Origin: an uncultured Gammaproteobacteria bacterium
Lineage (GTDB): Bacteria; Patescibacteriota; Microgenomatia; CAZETR01; Amesbacteraceae
Assembly (NCBI GenBank): GCA_964518565.1
Contig: CAZFGX010000001.1
Span: forward strand, 669,404 to 733,403
Direction of reading: 5' to 3'
Length of the DNA stretch: 64,000 bases
The notes under the pieces were generated by a model. It saw only the letters and a list, made by a program, of their open reading frames with translations, made no database searches and was not told where the DNA came from. How positions within the stretch are numbered: the first letter of the stretch is position 1; the number at the start of each line of letters is the position of its first letter. Shown piece after piece: positions 63,501-64,000 of this stretch. Made by a program: the position numbers and the translations under genes.

Positions 63501-64000
63501 CACCCACCGGCGCCGCATCTACTTCAAATGGTATAACATTAGATCTTACTGAATCAGCTGGTACCAATGCCACGACATATACAGGCTTAAATCTTAAATT
63601 CACCAGCACTCCAACTGTAGCTGGTAACACCGAATACGTCGCCCAAATCCAAAACCAAGCCACCACCAATACTACCGACAATTCAGTAAATGCACTTCTT
63701 TTACTGGACAACGCTGACACAAATTCTACTGGCTCAACCGTAGTCGCAGACGCACTCCGCATTACCAATTCTGGTGCTATCTCTGGCGGTATCACCAATG
63801 GCATCACTTTTGGCTCAGCCACCATTAGTAATGGTATTAATTTCAGCAGTGATCCGGCTTCCAAATACATCAACTCCACCAACTTCAATGTCACCACAGC
63901 TGGCGCCATGACACTCGCCTCTTCACTTCAAGCCACAGCTGGTACTTTCACTACAGGTGACGTCGCCATCACATCTGGCGCCCTAACCCTAAACGGCTCC
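54527..64000 (+). CDS. second giant repeat surface protein (over 3158 aa, continues past window end) with N-terminal MerR/excisionase-type HTH and a single TM helix
   Basis: Frame checked open from 54527 to 64000. LTIQEAAKILKVSTKTLRRWEAQGLIVPERTPGNQRRYNKYQLENI is the HTH. FPFIATAAIAVFIGLIAASKSF is the TM helix. Large Thr/Ser/Gly/Asn repeats follow, sharing segments with giant gene 1. Confidence 0.8.
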   Translation, partial: MPNSISDLNANSRLTIQEAAKILKVSTKTLRRWEAQGLIVPERTPGNQRRYNKYQLENIGKSPILVKAPVINPEPEIDSIIEEKNNEEVVHQIPASIPTTPKRSLSKFPFIATAAIAVFIGLIAASKSFSAEKLTQILPKFTASKSEPTIKAIAQDVKNIQQGTVLAEQTSALNDYIFSVNVPAKFAQDATISGKLTAPNVVYNINAGTGITLSGDPQTPTISANTSALDFFNSIKVSGQSDVVANTNNDSFTLVGGSNVSITTDATNKKITITSTDTQGLTGTIEVGNGGTGLTSYTTGDILYASADDTLSALPIGSANQVLTVSGGIPSWTTSSSSCVGGCVGLNPSATQTITPGSSTVTGLVVAQASSGSVDVFSVTNNAGSTKYLYVDSTGSLNVNSQISFPGAGSVKSTSTSSLTLDSGTTGDVNLGTGNNPKTVNIATGTGGDITNISTDNTTADTINIGSSLDTTTILGTTLIRGATTINDTGSTATNIGTGSSTGTITLGRTTGTDLVLNDSNWNISGAGAANFATIGATTRGTGAFTTLGANSTVTFSGLSSGSGTNLCLDGSNNVVTCSGATGITGSGTTNRLAKFTSASVIGDAILSDDGTTVSWTSTATTADALDITASSLTTGKLANFTGTSTPATNTATSQNLFDVTYAQSSLANTAGFAGISLNFTNNPTVAGNTEYAMRIQNQITTNTTDNAVAALLLLDNADTAGTGSTVVTDALRITNSGAIGSGITNGITFGSTSIATGLNFSSTPTTNYVSGTNWSITAAGAQTLASSLQATAGTFTTGNVAITAGALTLNGTTRIANSGVATLAANSTIGTQTFSANSITDSGSLTINSTSNNALTLDSGTTGTVNIGTGSAGKTINIATDNSNADTINIGSGLDTLTLLGTTNINTTGTATTTLGATSNTNLVLNDADWNISGAGAANFASIGATTRGTGAFTTLGANSTVTFSGLSGGNGTALCLDGSNNVVTCTAGNGAITGSGTTNQLAKFTATGIIGDSSISDNGTTVTIAAGKNLSLADGVGTFAQTFSPLGTTATANGLTITPKFTLDATDQTLSSIYVNANSNSNNDSGDTLYGINLDNITSSSASETAIKVGTGWDNIISSANFTVTQSGGVTATSASLTGTVDINTSGSATTTIGAASGTNLVLADADWNIAGNGTANFASIGATTRGTGAFTTLAANSTVTFSGLSSGTGTSLCVDGSNNVVTCTATSSQWQTNSNVVNLVTSTDNVTVGSATNLGKLAVDGDTDEVQLLIQGNGTQTSNLAVFEQSDGTDAFSITNAGNVTVAGTITAGSGGQVITTSAGKIDADAIGLISSDGTGGTSSGSGLEVDTDRLGLLQGCSDGQVLKWNDSNTNWECANDTGATSAVVNIQNNDVAVGTSVDTIDFSTDFSVTASPSNEANIAIDYSASGITRKAQAESITGGWTFGTGSTTFNSLSTFNTDVDLTFAGTENLSLTSDLAGTVNLASIVGTPSSTSGTTRGLFIQQANSANTNGLDTAIAIDNADADLALTTAISIANSGGGGYTTILDTTSLDISGTGAITGATGITSSGTINFSGLTASKVVFTDGSKNLTSSGTVGVDQGGTGAGTFTTNGVLYGNGTSAIGVTAAGTNGQLLLGVTSSAPAFGTMSGDATINNTGTLTIAADAVALGTDTTGNYVATITAGNGISGSVSSEGSTPTIALSALTGDWDQTGAFDILLDNASSELKILESSGATYFGIIDVGDLSADRTYTFPDATGTVCLTSGNCSGVGGSVSTAGGSTNQLAKFTGASSIGDSNISDDGTTVTIAAGKNLALADGVGTFAQTFSPLGTTSNANGLTVTPKFTLNATDQTLSAIYINPDTNSNNDTGDTLYGLNIDNITGSSANEFALRLGSGYDAPIYFELGSNDLKLTATAPSGATRAVNIPAVSADDEFCIRTLGNCFGGGGGGITGSGSANQVAYWSSSSAIAGNAGYTFDPSATTGNTLALSNTGLTTGKLTSFTGTSTPAANTATTQNLFDITFAQSTAANTNGFTGLGVNFTNNPSISGNTEYAARIQNQVTTNTTDNAVAALLLLDNADTNGTGSTVVTDALRITNSGAITAGVTNGITFGSTTIGTGLNFSSTPATNYVSGTNWSITAAGAETLASSLQATAGTFTTGDVAITSGALTLNGSTRISNAGVGSFITGTTIGSQTFTTNNIADSGALTIKSATSNAITLDSGTTGTVNIGTGSSGKTINIGTDNTNADTINLGSIADTTAISGTINIGTGSNTGTITLGRTASTDLVLNDADWNISGAGAANLASIGATTRGTGAFTTLAANSTVTLSGISSGSGSALCLDVSNNVVTCSSGSSVSGSGAANRVAYWSGASSLTSSANFTIDPSATTGNTLALTNTGLTTGKLLNLTSTTNSAANTAWAANQFNVTNAQGTTAVSTGSIAGVDVQFTQGTSVSGNNETALRVNAAQNDSSTTDATIASLIDVANNDTSTGNQITVTDGLKITGSNITNGINLSGTFGTNLITSSNFSVSQAGAITAATSSNTINGLIINSGALSGITGYTQTSGNFAMSGTGSFGTGTGAISLNGDTTIAADKNFVMTSGTGNFTETFAPAGTSATARAMILTPTFGIDATDQTLAGLYINPNTNSNSDSGDALNGINIAAITASSANESAILIGSAGGGSLGWNNILVSNSTVLINGSGIVQSSAISGSYTGITGTGALDAGSITSNFGAIDTGADNITTTGTVFANNFDRSTSGALTFGNTNATSVSICNSAACDTIDIGTNTDADTITLGDTNDTLSIASTGLNVSSGGALTGVASIDTIATSATALTFAGAGTISSTTTSALTLDTGSTGTLNLGTGNNAKTINLGTGNAGDTINIGTNNTVADTINIASALDTTTVAGAVKLTNLSSGTGNAICLDGTNALVTCTVGSGGVSGSGSANQITYFSGTSAVTGNANFTINPGSTTGNTLALANTSLTTGSLANFSATSTPTGAASTSNGITLDLTESAGTNATTYTGLNLKFTSTPTVAGNTEYVAQIQNQATTNTTDNSVNALLLLDNADTNSTGSTVVADALRITNSGAISGGITNGITFGSATISNGINFSSDPASKYINSTNFNVTTAGAMTLASSLQATAGTFTTGDVAITSGALTLNGS

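Noticed and set aside
55579-63909. ORFs listed inside giant gene 2, on the minus strand and in alternative plus frames.
   Set aside because: The frame starting at 54527 stays open to the window end. Spot-checks (e.g. 60302-60390) match the repeat protein. The others are shadow ORFs.

Overview
This window looks like a compact bacterial genome, possibly a small-genome Patescibacteria/CPR-like lineage (an inference from the lysine-rich extension on L1, the giant surface proteins and the gene content; it cannot be confirmed without searches). The conserved backbone comprises secE-nusG-rplK at 4.3-5.5 kb, rplA-rplJ-rplL at 39-40.8 kb, comM-dprA, mreB, two tRNAs, and a long minus-strand operon carrying ndk, an M16 peptidase, argS and atpCDGAHF.

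Two giant surface-protein genes interrupt this backbone. The first is a 5399-aa protein rich in Thr/Ser/Gly with about 1.2-1.8 kb tandem repeats (13063-29262), translationally coupled to an upstream protein with an HTH, about nine TM helices and a Cache-like domain. The second (54527 to beyond 64000) has a MerR/excisionase-type HTH and a single TM helix fused directly to its N-terminus. Both are paralogous and fibre-like.

Convergent with giant gene 1 is a glycosylation-type cluster: two GT-C membrane glycosyltransferases, three tandem class A beta-lactamase-fold paralogs, a GDP-fucose-synthase-like epimerase, a GT2 DPM1/GtrB-like enzyme and a SAM methyltransferase. Phased arrays of the motif CTTGTAAAAA occur in two intergenic regions. 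A beta-rich domain from the C-terminus of giant 1 reappears in an odd gene that occupies the usual atpB/atpE position of the ATP synthase operon. The 5' accessory segment (1-4.2 kb) encodes a tandem death-like/EAD-like helical protein, a DnaJ-type zinc-finger mini-protein and several uncharacterised proteins.

No CRISPR array, rRNA or clear mobile element was seen.
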